Assembly (NCBI GenBank): GCA_016748015.1
Contig: JAAOMT010000776.1
Coordinates: 186,001-250,000 of the forward strand
From: Geosiphon pyriformis uo1
Taxonomy: Eukaryota > Fungi > Glomeromycota
DNA length: 64,000 nt
Direction: 5' to 3'
Below, piece after piece: positions 1 through 14,400 of the stretch (positions are counted from its first letter, which is position 1; every line of letters starts with the position of its first letter). Position numbers and translations under genes: made by a program. The notes beneath the pieces are model-generated. The model did not search any database. It had not been told where the DNA came from and worked only from the letters and a program-made list of their open reading frames with translations.

Positions 1-2144
1 AATAATAATACAACTTTCATAAACCAAACCAATCTAATTATTAATAACTCTCTCTTAAACAAACACAATAATAGACTTAAACAACTACTTTGCACTAATA
101 AAATTTTTGAATAAAAAATAATACCCATCAGAATACAATTGACAGCAAAAAAAACATTTGCACAAACAATCCAATTTTTATTTAATCTGTTAAAACTAGT
201 TATATAAAAAAACAGAAAAAATTCTGACCATTCTTAAAGAGTCATCAAATTTGAAAAAAAAGAAATTGTAATTTACAACATTTACATTAATCTATTAGCT
301 AAATACTTTAGAAAAACAAAAACAATTCAAAAAATCTTAGCTTGTTATTATTGACCTACTTTAGAAAAAAACATTGCTAAATACATTAAAACCTGTAATA
401 CTTGTTAAAAAAAAAGAAAACCCAATTACAAAAAAGATATCTATTTAATTTTTGTTGGTCAATTATTTAACAAAATTAATATAGATATTGTTAGATCTTT
501 AACAATAATCTTTGATGACAACAGATATATTATTACAGCTATTAATTATTTTATAAAATAAGTAAAAAGAAAAGCCACTTTAGATCAAATAGCAGTCTCC
601 ATTGTTAATTTCATTTATAAAAATATAATTTGTTATCATAACTGTTCTAAAGAACTTTTATTTGATAGAAAAAAAGCTTTTCTTAGTACACTAGTTGAAG
701 AACTTTGTAGAAAAATGGAAATATATTATAAACTATTTTTTCTTTATTACTTTTAAACAAATGGCCTAGTAGAATATTTCAATAGAATACTATGTAAAAT
801 TTTAGCAAAAACCAATAAAAAAACAAACTTATAAGACAAAATATTGTATTTAACTTTGTTTGCTTATAAGACTATAAATCATAACATAACAAGTTATAAA
901 TTTTTTTATTTGCTCTATAGATAAATGACAATTCTACCAATAGAACTAATATTGAAACAATATTTTTTAAAGAAATAACAATAGAGAATTACAAAGATAT
1001 TTTGCAAAAAAAACTTGATATCATTTTTGATTCCTTAGTAGAAACATATATAATTGTCTTTAAAAAAATAAAACAGTTTCAAGAAAAGCTTAAGAAAAAA
1101 AAACCTATAAAATACTTTTCTTAAGTATTGGTAACTTAGTTTTGAAATATTGCTCAAACAAAGACAATATCTATAGTGATAAATTTTTTAGCTGGTAAAA
1201 AAACTTTTTATAGTCAACAAAGTTTTAAAAAATAGTTTATATATTCTATACTTTTCATAAGTATTGGATCAAAAATCATCTATATACTATTTTAACTATT
1301 AGAAAACAGACCATTATAATTGATAATAGTAAAACACATATTATTATTAAGCCAAAAAAAACAACTACTAAAAGAGAAAAAATTGATAAAAAAATAGATA
1401 AATATTTGCTAAAAAGTATAACAACAGCAATACTCTTATTTTTTATTACATTGGAAAAACAATCTTAGAAATCTTGTCCATAAATAAAAATTTGTTATAT
1501 AAAAAACAACTAAATCTTATAGTTGCCTTAATAAAATTATAGAAAACATAAATTTTTTAAAAAAAACAACTTCAGAAATACAGATAAAATTTTGGGCATT
1601 ATACAATTAAATATTTTAAGAGTTTTGACCATTGCTAAAAAAACCAGAACTCTTATACAAAGATTTGGTTTCTTGAATACAAAACTTATTTTGCCTTAAT
1701 TATTATATATCTTATCCACAAAAAACTTCAATAAACTAGTTAAGTTTTAAGCTAAACAAAATCTTTTAAATAAATTATTTTATAAATAGTTTGATTTTGC
1801 CAGAGCTTAATCTCTTTGGAAAGAATGATATTATAATTGAAACTCATAGTTTTTATTAGTTATTACATATATTAATTACTAATATTATATAATTAACTAT
1901 TATATTTTTAGATAGTAATTATTTACTTAATTAATAATTTGACTATTAACCTAATCATTGACTTAATTAATAACCTGATTGTTGACTTAATTATTAATCT
2001 GGATAAAATTAAAAAAGTTTTTCTTTCTTGTCAATCCCTTGACCATGATGAGAGCAAAATATGTACCAAAGTTATTACTATTCCCTTTTCCTCTTCCCTG
2101 TTTATTCCCTAGTTATTTCTTTGTACACATCTTTATTTGTTATA

Positions 2145-4078
2145 ATAGAACCAGTAGACTCATCTACTAGTGGTTTTGGATCTGGCTTGGCTGGTTTAAG
2201 AATCTGCCATAATACCAAAAAGAAGTGTGTAGAGAGTATCTACTCTCATGATGCATTGTTCAAAAAACCAAAAAAACCTGAGTTGGGTAGTATTGTGGTC
2301 AACTTTTCTACTGGTTTTATCAATTTAGAGAATATTATTGGCTTTGGCATCAAATCTGTAATGTCTTGAAAAAGTGACATTAGTAGCATTACAAGTAGTA
2401 TTAGTAGTTTGTTAAATATTGAGAATATGAAAAACACAGTTATGAAAGAGACCAGTTATGTTAATTTGGACAATTTGGTGGGTGACAAAATGATAGACAA
2501 CACCACATCTAAGAAAACCTACACTTACATGTACATATTGGGGCACCCACTAGAAGTGTCAAAGTTTAATACTATAAGTAATAATGACAACATATTGAAA
2601 CTTTTTTCTCTCAAATTTGCCAGCCCTAAGCAGTTATCTATTGATAAGTTATGTGTTTTTGAAATTAAGCACAACTTTGTGCTGGCTAAGTCTTTTGCAT
2701 TGGATATTAATTTATTGGCTGTACTTGGCAAATATAATAAAGATAAATTACTTTTTGTTAAAAAAATTTTTTATTGTATTAATGGTTTTGGAAGAGCTTC
2801 AACTTCCAGGAATCATTAAATTTTCATTTATATTTGAATCTAGTCTGAATAAGACTAAGAAATTGGCAGTCTGTAAAAAATTTTTTGTTAATAATAATTT
2901 TAGAAAGATAAATAGCCAATTGGATCAAGAAGTGATCATCAAGAAGATCTCAATGGATCTTCCCAAATTGGCTGTAAAGTCTGTTTTTTCTAAGTTTAAA
3001 AAGATTGCATCAATCAAGATGCAACTGATTGGTCTGTGGCAAAAAGCTTTAGTGAAATTTGAATTATCTGAAATAGCTGATTTGGTTGCAGCTAAATGGT
3101 CTGTCTTTATGAAAAAAAATTCTGTTTATGTGGCAAAGGCCATTGATGATAAACAATTGTGAGTTTCCAGAGATCAACATCAGGCATTACTTTATACCCT
3201 TCCAGTTGGTACTATGGCTTATAATCTTTCTGATTTATTGAAATTATATGATGGAAAAACTTGTTTATCCTAGCTCATATGTGCATAATAGATGTGCAAT
3301 AGTGTGTTTTGCTAATGAAGCATTTAAATTGACTGCTATTAGTTTTAATCCGGTATTTAAGAGTGTGAATTTGCACTGGGCTGGTTTTTTGTTGGCCCAT
3401 TGTGCTCATTGCAAACAGTTTGGTCATATCTCTATGGAGTGTTCATTGGATGGGAATTTTGGAGTTCATCATAAGCGGGTGGTATCTTCTTAGAATTAGG
3501 TACATTTAGCTAATATTTATAAAAGGAAGCAGGTTTCAGTTGCTCACCTGGTATCTTTTGGTGGAAAAACTTGGGCTCAAATTGCAGGTGGCTTTCTTTC
3601 TTGTGTGGTCTCATTAGTTTCTTCTAGTGCTGGTTTATTTGTAGATGCAAAACCTTTGATAATGGCTTCCAACCCTTTTGATAATTCTAATTTGACTGGC
3701 CATATAGCTTCTTTGTAGTGCTTCATGGAGCTTTTTTTAGATCAAATTTCTGAGATTTTGAGAAAATTAAGCTTCGTGAAATTGGTGCCAATGTCATCTC
3801 TATCTTGTGTCCTCCCCTCTATTGTTGCCTCTTCTCTAGACTTGGCTTTGATTTTGGATATGACTGTGGATAGCATGGTAATGCCTTCTTTTCCTTCTCT
3901 TTTAGTGGTTGAAAATACTACCTCTAAACTAAGTTTAAGCAGCTCAAAAGTTCTTACCACTAAGATGGGTGGTTTGGAATTGAAAATGATGGCTTTGGAA
4001 ATATTGGTCAGTTCAGTATTGGCGAGGTTGAACTCTTTATGTTCTAGTTTGGATTTGTTAGCTCCTCCTCCACCTTAA
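2145..4078 (+). pseudogene. LINE ORF1 (RRM-like region plus CCHC zinc knuckle)
   Basis: RRM-like VIIKKISMDLPKLAVKSVFSKF...KALVKF; knuckle CAHCKQFGHISMEC (CX2CX4HX4C); several stops and frameshifts. Confidence 0.8.
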
Positions 4079-7000
4079 TGATTGATTTAATTTGGAAAAT
4101 TGCTATGTGCAATATCAGAAGAATGAACAATCCTGCAAAGCAGAGTGATATAATTTGTTGGCATAAAGAGATGAACAATTTGATTTCCATTGTTACTAAG
4201 ATTAAATTAAAAAACAAGGTCTGTCCATAGATTATGAACAGATTTGATAATATCTGTGTCTTCATTTCTGGAGTGGATTCTGGTTACTTGGATTTTGGTG
4301 TTGCTATTATTATAGACATTTTTTTAGCTTATCATGTGTGCAAAGTCTCTGAGGTGCCTGGTCAAATTCTTTCTGTCAAGTTGCTTTTTAAGAACAAACT
4401 TTCATTGTCAATTTTGGGGCTGTATGCTGGTGCTTCTTTAGTAGTTTGGTTTTCTCAAGCTGGTGACATCAATTCACTTATTACAAAGACCGTAAACAAG
4501 TCTTCTTTCATTATTCTTGGTGGTAACTTCAATGAGGATGAATCTCATAAATGTGCCAGTTTCAGAAAATGCTTTGATTTGGATCTGGTTAACTCTTTGG
4601 CCAGAAGCTCACTTGCTAAGATACCTACATAGTGCAATTCTTATGGAATTGCTAAGACAATTGATTATGTGTTTTTTTCCTCAAATTTAGTTAATACAAT
4701 GGTAGATCACAATATGGCTAGTGTTGTGGATTATTTTGATATTGATTATGTAGCCATTTTTGTTTCTGTGAGTCTGAGTGGTTTGTTGGATGTTCAGCTG
4801 TTTTTGCTGTGCAAGCAAGCAAACAAAGATTATTGGAAGTTTAATGTTAAGAGTGTCAATGAAAGGAAGTAGTGTGAATTTAGGAATGCAATAGCTGCTA
4901 ATGCTGCTATGTTTTCAAGTGCATTTGTGGTGGCTAAAAGTCTTCACATCTGAATGCAATATGAAATATTGTTCATAAAGTCATAGTTTTTTTAGCCAAT
5001 GAGACATTTAAGAGAAAATAGTTCAAAAGATATGACAGTGTTTTTACCAAGGTGTCTTCTAAGTTTCATAAACTGAAATTGCTGGTGTTCAGGCTGGTGA
5101 AAGCTTCTCATTTGGTTTTGAGTGAGAATTTTGCTTCATTGCTGGATACATGAAACAGAATTAACTATAGTAGTGTGGCAGAAGTGAAGTCTCTTTTTCT
5201 TTTAGGTTCTACTTTTGATGCTATTTATTCTGGGTTGGCAAAAACAAAGAAGTTTTACCATTTTTCCAAGTTGCTGAAATTCAAGCACACTGAAAAATCT
5301 CACATCAAACAGATCATTACCAGTAGAATGGAAAGTTTTGAATTGGATAAGAGTTATATCATCAAAAGTGTGTTGGAACATCTTTTTCATAAGATGGTGT
5401 TGGATCATTTAGTTGTGAGTGATGAGTTGATTTTGGAGCCTGATTTGGTTAAGTCTAAAGTAGATGAGATTATGGAGAGTTAGACTAGAAAACATAGAGT
5501 GGTGTCCAATATCTCTGATGATTGGACTCACTAATATCAGCCTTTAGATCATGTTTTTGATGGTGCATTTTCTGGTGTAATGTGTCCAATTGGTTCTAAT
5601 GAATTGTTTGCTGTGATTTCAAATCTGCCTGATGGAAAAGCAGCCAGTTTTTTTGGCATCTCTAATGAGTTGTGGAAACATTGTGATAATTCAGTCTTGG
5701 ATATGCTTTTTGTGCTCTTGAATCTGTGTCTGACTCGTGAATTAGTATCTGGACCTTAGAGGGAAGCTTGGATTTCAATAATTTCTAAGCCATATGAATG
5801 AGAAGGTGTTCTAACAAATATCTGTTCTATTGCTTTGATCAAAACAGCTTGTAAAGTTTTTTCCAAAATTCTTTTAGATAAGATTTCTTCAGTTTGTAGT
5901 ACTTATAATGTTTTATATGAGAACAATTTCTCTGTTTTAAAAGATATGATAATACAATTGCCTATTTTTGCCATCAGCTCAGTGGTTGAAGATGTCTTGA
6001 AAAAAAACCGTGAACTGTGACTGGTTTTACAAGACATGTGTAAGGCCTATGACTTTGTTGGTTGGAAGCATCTTAGAAGGAGTTTGGTTAGAATCAAGAT
6101 GTGTAACAAGTTTATTAGATTTTTTGGTAGTATTTACAATAGTTGTGTCAACAAAGTAATGACAAATTTCGGTTTAACTGATAGGTATTGTGTTCATGAT
6201 GGTTTGGACTAAGAGAAAGTTTTCTCATCTCTTTTTTGGCACATATTTTATGATTTGCTTCTATGTAAAGTCAAAAGGCAGAAGAGTGTGTATGGTTACA
6301 GATTGAACTCTTATTATGTTTCCAAGTCTGGCCAGGCAGAATCTCAGACCAGGATAACATTATTTTTTGCTGCTGGTGCTTTTGTCAATAATACAATTTG
6401 AATTGGTAGTAACCAGGCTGTTATACAATACATCCTCAATATTACTAGTGAATTCTTTAGGTTTAATGATATTTTCATAAATAATAACAAAACTGTGGCC
6501 ATCCCCATTAACTGCTAGGTTTCAAATCCTTATCTGACTCTCAGTGGCTCACCTATTTTTGTTGTCAATAAGAAGAAATTTCATCATTATTTGGGTATTT
6601 TTTTGTCTTCTAATGGTTTGTTAAAATTTAGCTTAGCTAAGATGCATTCAGATGTTCGGTTTTTTGTTAATCTTGTTCTAAGGAAAGTGATCTCAGATAA
6701 ACAGTTTGCATATTTGGTGTTAGCGGTCTTTTTTCCTATTATCAATTACAGGACTCAATTCAGTTTTGTTCTTATTGGCATTTGTAGTAAATGGGATACT
6801 ATGATTTACAAGAGCTTGAAGTCTAGGTCTGGTTTTCCACATGATTTCTCCACTGATGCAATCCATCATCTTTCTTTGTATGATTTGAAAACTTTTAAAC
6901 AAACTCAGGCTGAGAGCAAATCAGCTTCTCTTGTTTTCTTTGCAAATTTATTGGGTATTTTGGGTAGGTTGTTTTCTTACAGGGCTCACAATCTTCAGGT

Positions 7001-8758
7001 TCTTAGCTGGTGTTTTTACCACTCTCTACAATTTCTGGCTTGTGTTAGAGTCAACCTCTCAGACAATTTTTTGGCTGGTATGGTCCACATTTTTTTTGGA
7101 TGTGATTTGTCCTGAGTAGTTCTCTGGCCAATATATTTCATTTTCGGAGTGATACTTCTATGTCTTTTGTTCTTGGTGAGCCTAATTATTTTAAGTATGT
7201 CTCTTCTCTTCGGCATTATGGGGTCGCTTTCGTGGACCAGCTGCATGACAAGCATGATGCTGTTTTCAGTTGGACTACTTTCAAGTGGTAAAAGCAATTG
7301 GACTTTTGTAGTTCTATTCCTATTTGGTTTAAGCTTTTTGTTCATTTTTTTAGTGGTGAGATCTCTTCTTCTGCTTGTTTCCTGCCTTTGAATGTCTCTT
7401 TTGATATTCTTCGGTTTTATGATTTTGGTGTCATCTGTAACAGTTTGTTACATGTTAATGCTGCTCATTTTTTTGTATACACAGATGGATCTCTGAGTGG
7501 TCTAGGAACTTCTGATGTGATGACTGGTGCTGCTGTTTTTTTTGAAGACATTAATTTAGGTCTGGGTGTTGGTGTCTCTGGTTTGGTCTCTTCTATAATG
7601 GTGGAGTTGCAGGCCATTGCTCTGGCTCTTGAGTGTATTCTTTCTTCCTGTTCTGTCAACTTGTTTTTGGACAGCCAGGCTGCTCTGGATGCATGCAAAT
7701 CAGAGTCTGTGTTGGCTCATCTGGATTTTAGAAATCAGTATTGGGTTGAGTGTTACCATATTACTAATGTTATTTGTCACAAGAATTTGAATGTTAATTG
7801 GATTAAAGTTAAGGATCACTCTGGTGTCTTCAGCAATGAGCATGCTGATGCTTTTGCTAGGGCTGCTGCTTTCTCTAATAGGCACTTACCTTACATGGTC
7901 AGTGAATATTTTCTTTAAAATGATGGCATGGCAGTTTCTGGTAATTCTTGGCATTTTGTTCATAATATTTTCTGATCTATTTATCATGTGTGTTGAAAGG
8001 TTGGTTCTGGTTCCTGTGTCTTAATGGACAGCTTGTGTGCTAATATTAATTGGTCCAGATCTTTGTTGGTGTGGCATTCTGATTCTTACTTGGCTGCTGG
8101 TTTTACTAGTACACACACTGCCAGTCTTTGTTCATATTTTATAAAGGCATTGCATCATTGTCTTCCTGTTATAGTATGTAAGTGACTTTATAATAAGTGT
8201 TATCCCAGTGTGATGTGTTTGTTCTGTGGAGATGTTGAGATCTCGGATCATGTTTTTTCTTGTCTTTTTGACACTGCTAATCATGCTCAGTTGATAGAAG
8301 TTCATGCATTTACTTGGAAGACATGCTTTGGTTTATCTCACTCTTTTTCTTGTGTCTTATAGTTGTTGCATACTTGTGTTTCTGATTTGGTTGTTGGTAC
8401 AGCTCTGTTTAAAGGCTTTGTTTTTGACAATTGGTATCATGAATCTGTTTTAGTCTTTAAGGATCCTAAAATTGCAGCTCAGAATATTGTATCCTTTGTG
8501 TGCAAATTTTGTCTCACTTTCCAGGATAATATTTGGCTGGTGCATGTCAAACACCAGGTTATTATGGAAAAAAGTGGCTTGATCTCACAGAATGGTTCTG
8601 TTTCTGTCTCAGTTTTTGGTTTTTCAGTAGTGCTTTCGGCTGGTGTGATTAAATTATTAGGTGTTGCTGATACATTTGGTATTAGTTTTGGATTTCATAA
8701 GTCTTGTCCATTTTTCTCAGATATTGAAAACATGGTCTTTGTTTATATAAGTGTCTAG
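4078..8758 (+). pseudogene. LINE ORF2: APE endonuclease, RT, RNase H, zinc finger
   Basis: APE: WKIAMCNIR.MN, ILGGNFNE, TIDYVF. RT: QDM.KAYD.VGW, GLD*EKVFS, AFVNNT (decayed FVDDT). RNase H: VYTDGS, ELQAI, LDSQAAL, WIKVKDHSG..NEHAD. Zinc finger: CLFCGDVEISDHVFSC. Confidence 0.92.
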
Positions 8759-10182
8759 TGTTGTCTTGATTGGCTTAAGTGGTTGGTCACATATAGCAAA
8801 TACATGATTCGCACCTAGTTTAGATCATTAAAGTAATGTATAGTACTAGGCCACATTTGGACTTCACTTATTAAATATATATAAAAAAATTAATCTGATT
8901 ATTGACTTAGTCATTAACCTGATTGTTAATTACTTTTAATAGCTATATAAGTGATGAGTCTTTTAGCTGTAAAAAATATTAATGTAGTAATTAATGTAAT
9001 AAATAATTTAAAATAAATAAAATAACAACTATTATATTAATTCTTCTCATATTGCTTATTTTCCTTTTCTTATTTTTAAGTATCTGAACATTTTAGGATA
9101 AAAAATTACTTGTTGGCATTTACTTATCCTTTTTTTGACTTATATAATTGTAGTATTTGAAGATTATTGAATAAAATATGATTAAAAAATACATTTAATA
9201 TCTGATATCAAATTTTAAAAACACTAATATAAGGCATAGAATTATACTAGTGTGTTATTATTTGTTAATAATATAAACTATTTCTTTATCTTCAAATTTT
9301 TCAGTTATTTTTTTCAAAAAATAGTAACTGAAATATTTTATGAAATTGATCTTGTACATTAAATTCATATTTATTCAATTTGTTTTTTAAAGTTGAATTC
9401 TTTTTGATTAATTCTATTATTCTACAATTTTGTTTTTTTTTGTTATCTGTTAACTTGTTATTCCAACTCATAAAATTATAAAACATTTTTCTTAAGTATT
9501 GGTAACTTAGTTTTGGAATATTACTTAGACAGAAACAATGTTTATAATAATAAATTTTTTAATCAGTGGTAAAAATAGTATAAGCAAATTTAGCAGTTTT
9601 TTCTTGTTCTTTTTTATTTTCTTTATTATCACTTTTTTTATTATTTGATTTATCAGATTGTTTTTTTTTTAAGCTTTACTTGGATACCAGAAAAGTTGTT
9701 TAATAACAACACTTAATTATAATGGGCTTCTTATTATATCTGATAGTTAATTTACATAGTTTATAATTAAGTAAGACTTTGGTTTTTTTAAGCCATTTAT
9801 TATCAATAATAATAGTGTATTCTTTGGCTTTAGATACTTCTATGTCAGTTTCAATATTAATGCCATTAATGTAAACAAAAATAGCTTTAATAATACTCAA
9901 ATCTTTTTTTTATCTTTATGTATATTAGTTATTAGTTAAGTGAAAAGTTCATCAATTTTTTTATTAATTGCTTCAAAAAAATGTTTGGCAATAATACTAA
10001 TAGATAATTTACTGTTCAAAATTAAATCAATAAAATAACTAGCTATTTGGGCTTTATAAATTAGAAAGATAATATTACTATTATTAACAAATTCAGCTTA
10101 ATAAAGATATTTATTGGTTTTTGGTATCTTTTTTTTGGAATTAATAATTTATAAAAATCTTTTCTAAATTGTGAATGAGTTA

Positions 10183-11472
10183 TAGTGTGAGACAAAAAAA
10201 ATTGAACACAAAAAATTAATTATTGTGTTTTAATTAATGGACCAAATTTTACAAAAAATATATTATTAGAAAGATAAAAAACATATTATTTTATTAAAAA
10301 AATTAATAGAATATTAATATGATATTCTTTTCTTTTTATTTGCAATTACCATCTCACAATGCTGTTTTATTAATTCTACTAATCTGATAAGAGTAGATCT
10401 GGAAATCATCTATCACTCTTTTTCCATAAACTGTATTAACTTGTCATAATTTTTGAGCATTTGCTTTTCTATCTTATTCTTAACAATAGCCCACAAGTTT
10501 TCAATAGAGTTCAAGTCAGGTGAATTGGCAGACCAGTCAAGAACATTATTAATATTGGCAGTTATAAAGACTTGAGAAACTTTGCTTTTGTGTTTTGGAT
10601 TATTGTTTTGCTGAAACTGCCACTTATGCCCAAGCATTTTTCTAATTTCAGGCAGGTGAGTATAAAGAATTTCTATGTAAAAATGACTATCTATTATTCC
10701 AGTAAAACAAAATAAATTTGTCTTTCCTCTTTTATAGAAACCACTCCAAGTAAAGACTTTTGTTTGATTTCTTGGAATGGCATGAGTGGGCCATAAACCT
10801 TTATATCAATGCTCTAGTGTGTTCTGGAATAAACAAAAGGCTGTTTTATCTGTAAAAACAGTTTGGTCCCAATTGTTATTTAAGTGTTGATAAGCCCATT
10901 CCAAATGCTTCTTTTTATATTTATTAATAAGCATTGAGATGACCCAAGAAAGATCTTTTTTGTAACCAAAAAATGCTAAATGCCTCTCAATTGTTCTATA
11001 GGATACTTTTACATTTATTTTTAACAACTTTGTTGTCAAAGTTCTCGTTAAAATTGAGGAATCCTGTTTGATGTATAATTGTAATACTTGCAAAGCAATT
11101 CTTTTAATCTTTCTTGGCTGACCATTTTCATTTATATGCTCTACCACTCCAGTTTTTTCGAGTTTTTTAAGAATATTGTAAATAGTAGAATGTGGTATAT
11201 TTGTTTGCTTCTGTATTTCTACTACAATTCATATTTCTTGGTTCCAAAAATACAATACTGTTTGTTGTTGCATTTTTTGCTTGGATGTTGCTATTTTTGC
11301 ATGAAAATTAAAAAAAAAATCAATAAAATACACAAAAAAAACATATAAGCTAATAGCCACTTACTTTCACATTTATTTCCAACTAATCTTGTTACAATCT
11401 AACCAAAATTAATTAAATTAAATCAAATCTTGTAAGATGCATTTTTTTGTTTAATTTTTTTGTTTCAGACTG
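10183..11472 (-). mobile_element. Tc1/mariner DNA transposon (DD34E type), decayed
   Basis: TA flanks at 10181-82 and 11473-74; imperfect TIRs (c/t)agt(g/c)tga(g/a)acaaaaaaa. Transposase remnants WDQTVFTDKT, WQFQQNNNPKHKS, WSANSPDLNSIENLW. Confidence 0.92.
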
Positions 11473-14400
11473 TATTAGCTGGCCAAAAGTAATATGAATT
11501 AAAGTTTCCATAAAATTTTTAACAACAGAATAGGATTCAAATTTTTGTTCAATTTTTAATGGTTCTAACTTTGGAGAATTCTTAAAAACTTTGGCCTTTA
11601 GTGGTTTATTGTTATTAACAATGAAAGTTGAGGCTTTATTAGATTTTAAAATGAAATCAATCTTAGCTTTTTTTTCTTGTGAATTCAGAGGAGTTGATGG
11701 CTAGTTTATTTATATTATAGTCATTATCAATTAGATTAAAAGTGTAAAAAAAGTTTTCTTTTAATTGACTTGCATTTTAACCCTTTAGAAATGTGTTTAC
11801 CAGTTTAAAAACTAATAAACAGTAACTTCAACTAAGAAATTTTTTCTAAAGAAATTAATATTAGCATTATTAAATCTTTGATTGAAAGCATTGTTGTTAC
11901 TAGTTTTGTTGTTTGATTATCATTATTTCTAAAAGCTGATGAAATTAAAAAAAAATTGTTGTAATCTTTGAAAAAATGTTCAGTTATTCTACAGTAATAA
12001 CACACAAATGGACCATGATTTTGTTGTCTTTAATAAAAAAATTACAAAAAGATTGAAAGCTAATTTATCTTATGTTCTTTGGTCTTTTTTAGCCCTGAAA
12101 AATAATCTTATAATAAATATAATTATTAAGCTTATATAAAAAATAAAAGGCAATTAAAGAATGTATTTGGAATTAACATTTTTAGTTTTTGCTTCTGCTT
12201 CTACTCTGGCTCTTGGTTTTCAAATGGCTACTACTTTTTTTGCTGTTTAAACTCAAGACTCCAATGAATAATTAATAGATAAATTTACAGCCAATCTTGT
12301 TTAGTTATTAAAACTATTAGCCCAAGCTATTAGAAAAACTCAGCAATCTTAAAGATCTAAACTTAAATCCCATTTTAATTAGCTCTAGTAAAGAAATAAA
12401 TTTTTTGTTTTTTTGTCTAATTTTTTCTAAAATTTACTTATTTAATAAGTTTTTTTATTATTTTAGCATATTTAATTACAATTTTACCAAAGCCTTGAGT
12501 TCTTTTTTCTAATTCTATGTATTATTTAGATATTAAAATTGGAATTTTGAATTTTTTTTCAAACTGGATAATAAAAAAAATGTTTTCTTTTTCAGCTTTT
12601 ATTAATAGTTATTTAAAAATTTTTTAAAGAGCATTAGCATTAATTTTTTGTAAGAACCAAATAGCAAAAAAGTCTTGAAAATAGCCACTAATGATTTGGA
12701 ACTTGTAATTAGCATCATATTAATTGACTGTAACTGTTTTTTCAAAATTGTTTAACCATTTAATTAGATTTTATGTATTATTTCTAAATAGTAGTAGTAA
12801 AGTATTGTTTTTTACTTTAAAACAGTTTGTATTTTTTAAAAAGTGGCCAGGATGTTTGCTTATATAGAGTCAGCAGTTATTAGTTCAAGAATAGCTGTTT
12901 GTGTAAAATAGTCTGATTTACTTAAAAAAAGATCAAAAATAAGAACAGTTTGGTAATTTCTTTCTTTTGTTTCAAAAAAAGTTTTAGCTAACTGATAAGC
13001 AGCAATCTAAATGTGAATTTAATGATTTAGGTATTTAAAATTAAAGAGTTATTGTTCAAAAATTGTTGAATATAAGAGTTGATTAATGTTATTGTTTTTT
13101 TTAAGAGCTTTTTCAAAGTAAGTTTGATTAAAGAAATATGTTGTTATGAGTAAACTTGGTAGGTAATAGAAATAGTAATGTTTGGTGTTATCATTTATTA
13201 GTGATGCATCTTCCGCGTGATTCTGTTGGCTTAATTTCGATTATCAGTCTCTGAAGATCTATTTCTGGATGTGAATTTACCTATTGAGTTCTTTGATTAT
13301 AAGACATAGAGTTTGTCTTTCATCAATTGCAACATCTTCTGTAAATGTAAGCTTTTTTCTCCAAGCTAATGAGTGCAGTTGTTAGGGTCTGGCAGTGTCT
13401 TTTCACCCTTCTGGTAAGCTAACAAGATAACATTAATATCCAAAACCTAAGGGGAGCCTTTCTCTTTTATCAGGCTATTACAAAGTCTATTTCCAGACAG
13501 TCAATTTTACTATGTTGCTGCTTTACAAAAGAAGATAAAAAAAAAAGAAAAAAAAGAAAATATAAAAAAAGAAAAAAGAAAAGATAAATTAGTATTGTCA
13601 ATTGCTGTGATCAAGAGCGATTGGTCCAAATTGTTAATAGTTCAAGGTGGTTATGCTAAGAGCATCTGTCCTAAAACAAAAGTATGAAACAATGGTTAAT
13701 TCATGTAAATCCCACACAGTTCGAGAACATAAATTTGTGATTCTGATTTCTTTAATAATTGATTTATTTCAGAAGATGAATATGAAAATATAATAAATAA
13801 AGAGAGGTAATGGATATTTGTATCTTGTTTAGTGGTTCATATCTAACTGTCTGTCTTTTTTCTTCTACAACTACTCACTTTTATACATTTTTTTGGTTTT
13901 ATAGGATTGCTTCTAATTGTTTTGTTATTGCTAACTATTGCTTTTGTTATTTCTGTTATTGCTTTGTTCTTCTACATTATTTCCAGTTATTCTACATTAT
14001 AACATATTATCTGGTGTTATTACATGTTATTCTGTATTATTCTATGTTATAACACGTTATTCTGTGCTATTCTAAGTTATAACGTGTTATCCAACATTAT
14101 TGTGCACTATTCTGTGTTATGTCACATTCTGGTCACATTTTTTCTAACTTTGGATCGGTTTTTCTACTCAGGTAACATTATCCCTCTCCTTTTAGTATTG
14201 AGCTTTTGTGAAATTTTATGTATCTGTTTCTATGTTTTTGTTCATGTAATATTTGATAGTTGTGTTGAGTATTGTTTTTTGTAAGTCTTCAAACTGTCGA
14301 TTGGTAATTTGTTCTATGTTGTTAACTGTTATCATTTTTATAGATTCATACAATAGTACATTTGAACAATGTTGGAAAGCAGTATATAATCAGTATGCTG

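Larger units (their letters stand above)
2002..8888 (+). mobile_element. Full-length non-LTR retrotransposon (LINE with RNase H), decayed
   Basis: Target-site duplication attaatctg at 1993-2001 and 8889-8897, A-rich tail ttattaaatatatataaaaaa, and two long decayed ORFs. Inserted in the 12-bp tandem array of the family A LTR. Confidence 0.93.
1..9475 (+). mobile_element. Ty3/Gypsy LTR element A1, 3' part (integrase remnant, ORF3 remnant, 3' LTR split by a LINE)
   Basis: 70-1200 is a decayed integrase (HHCC region, IDIV.L, DR.K.F, TNGLVE.FNRIL). It is colinear with 44274-46960. The LTR runs 1829-2001 and resumes at ~8890-9475. Confidence 0.85.

Noticed and set aside
13810-14284. Hydrophobic Cys/Tyr-rich ORFs (also 28083-28466) that could suggest env or membrane proteins
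   Set aside because: They lie antisense inside the LTRs of C and arise from low-complexity tgttat repeats.
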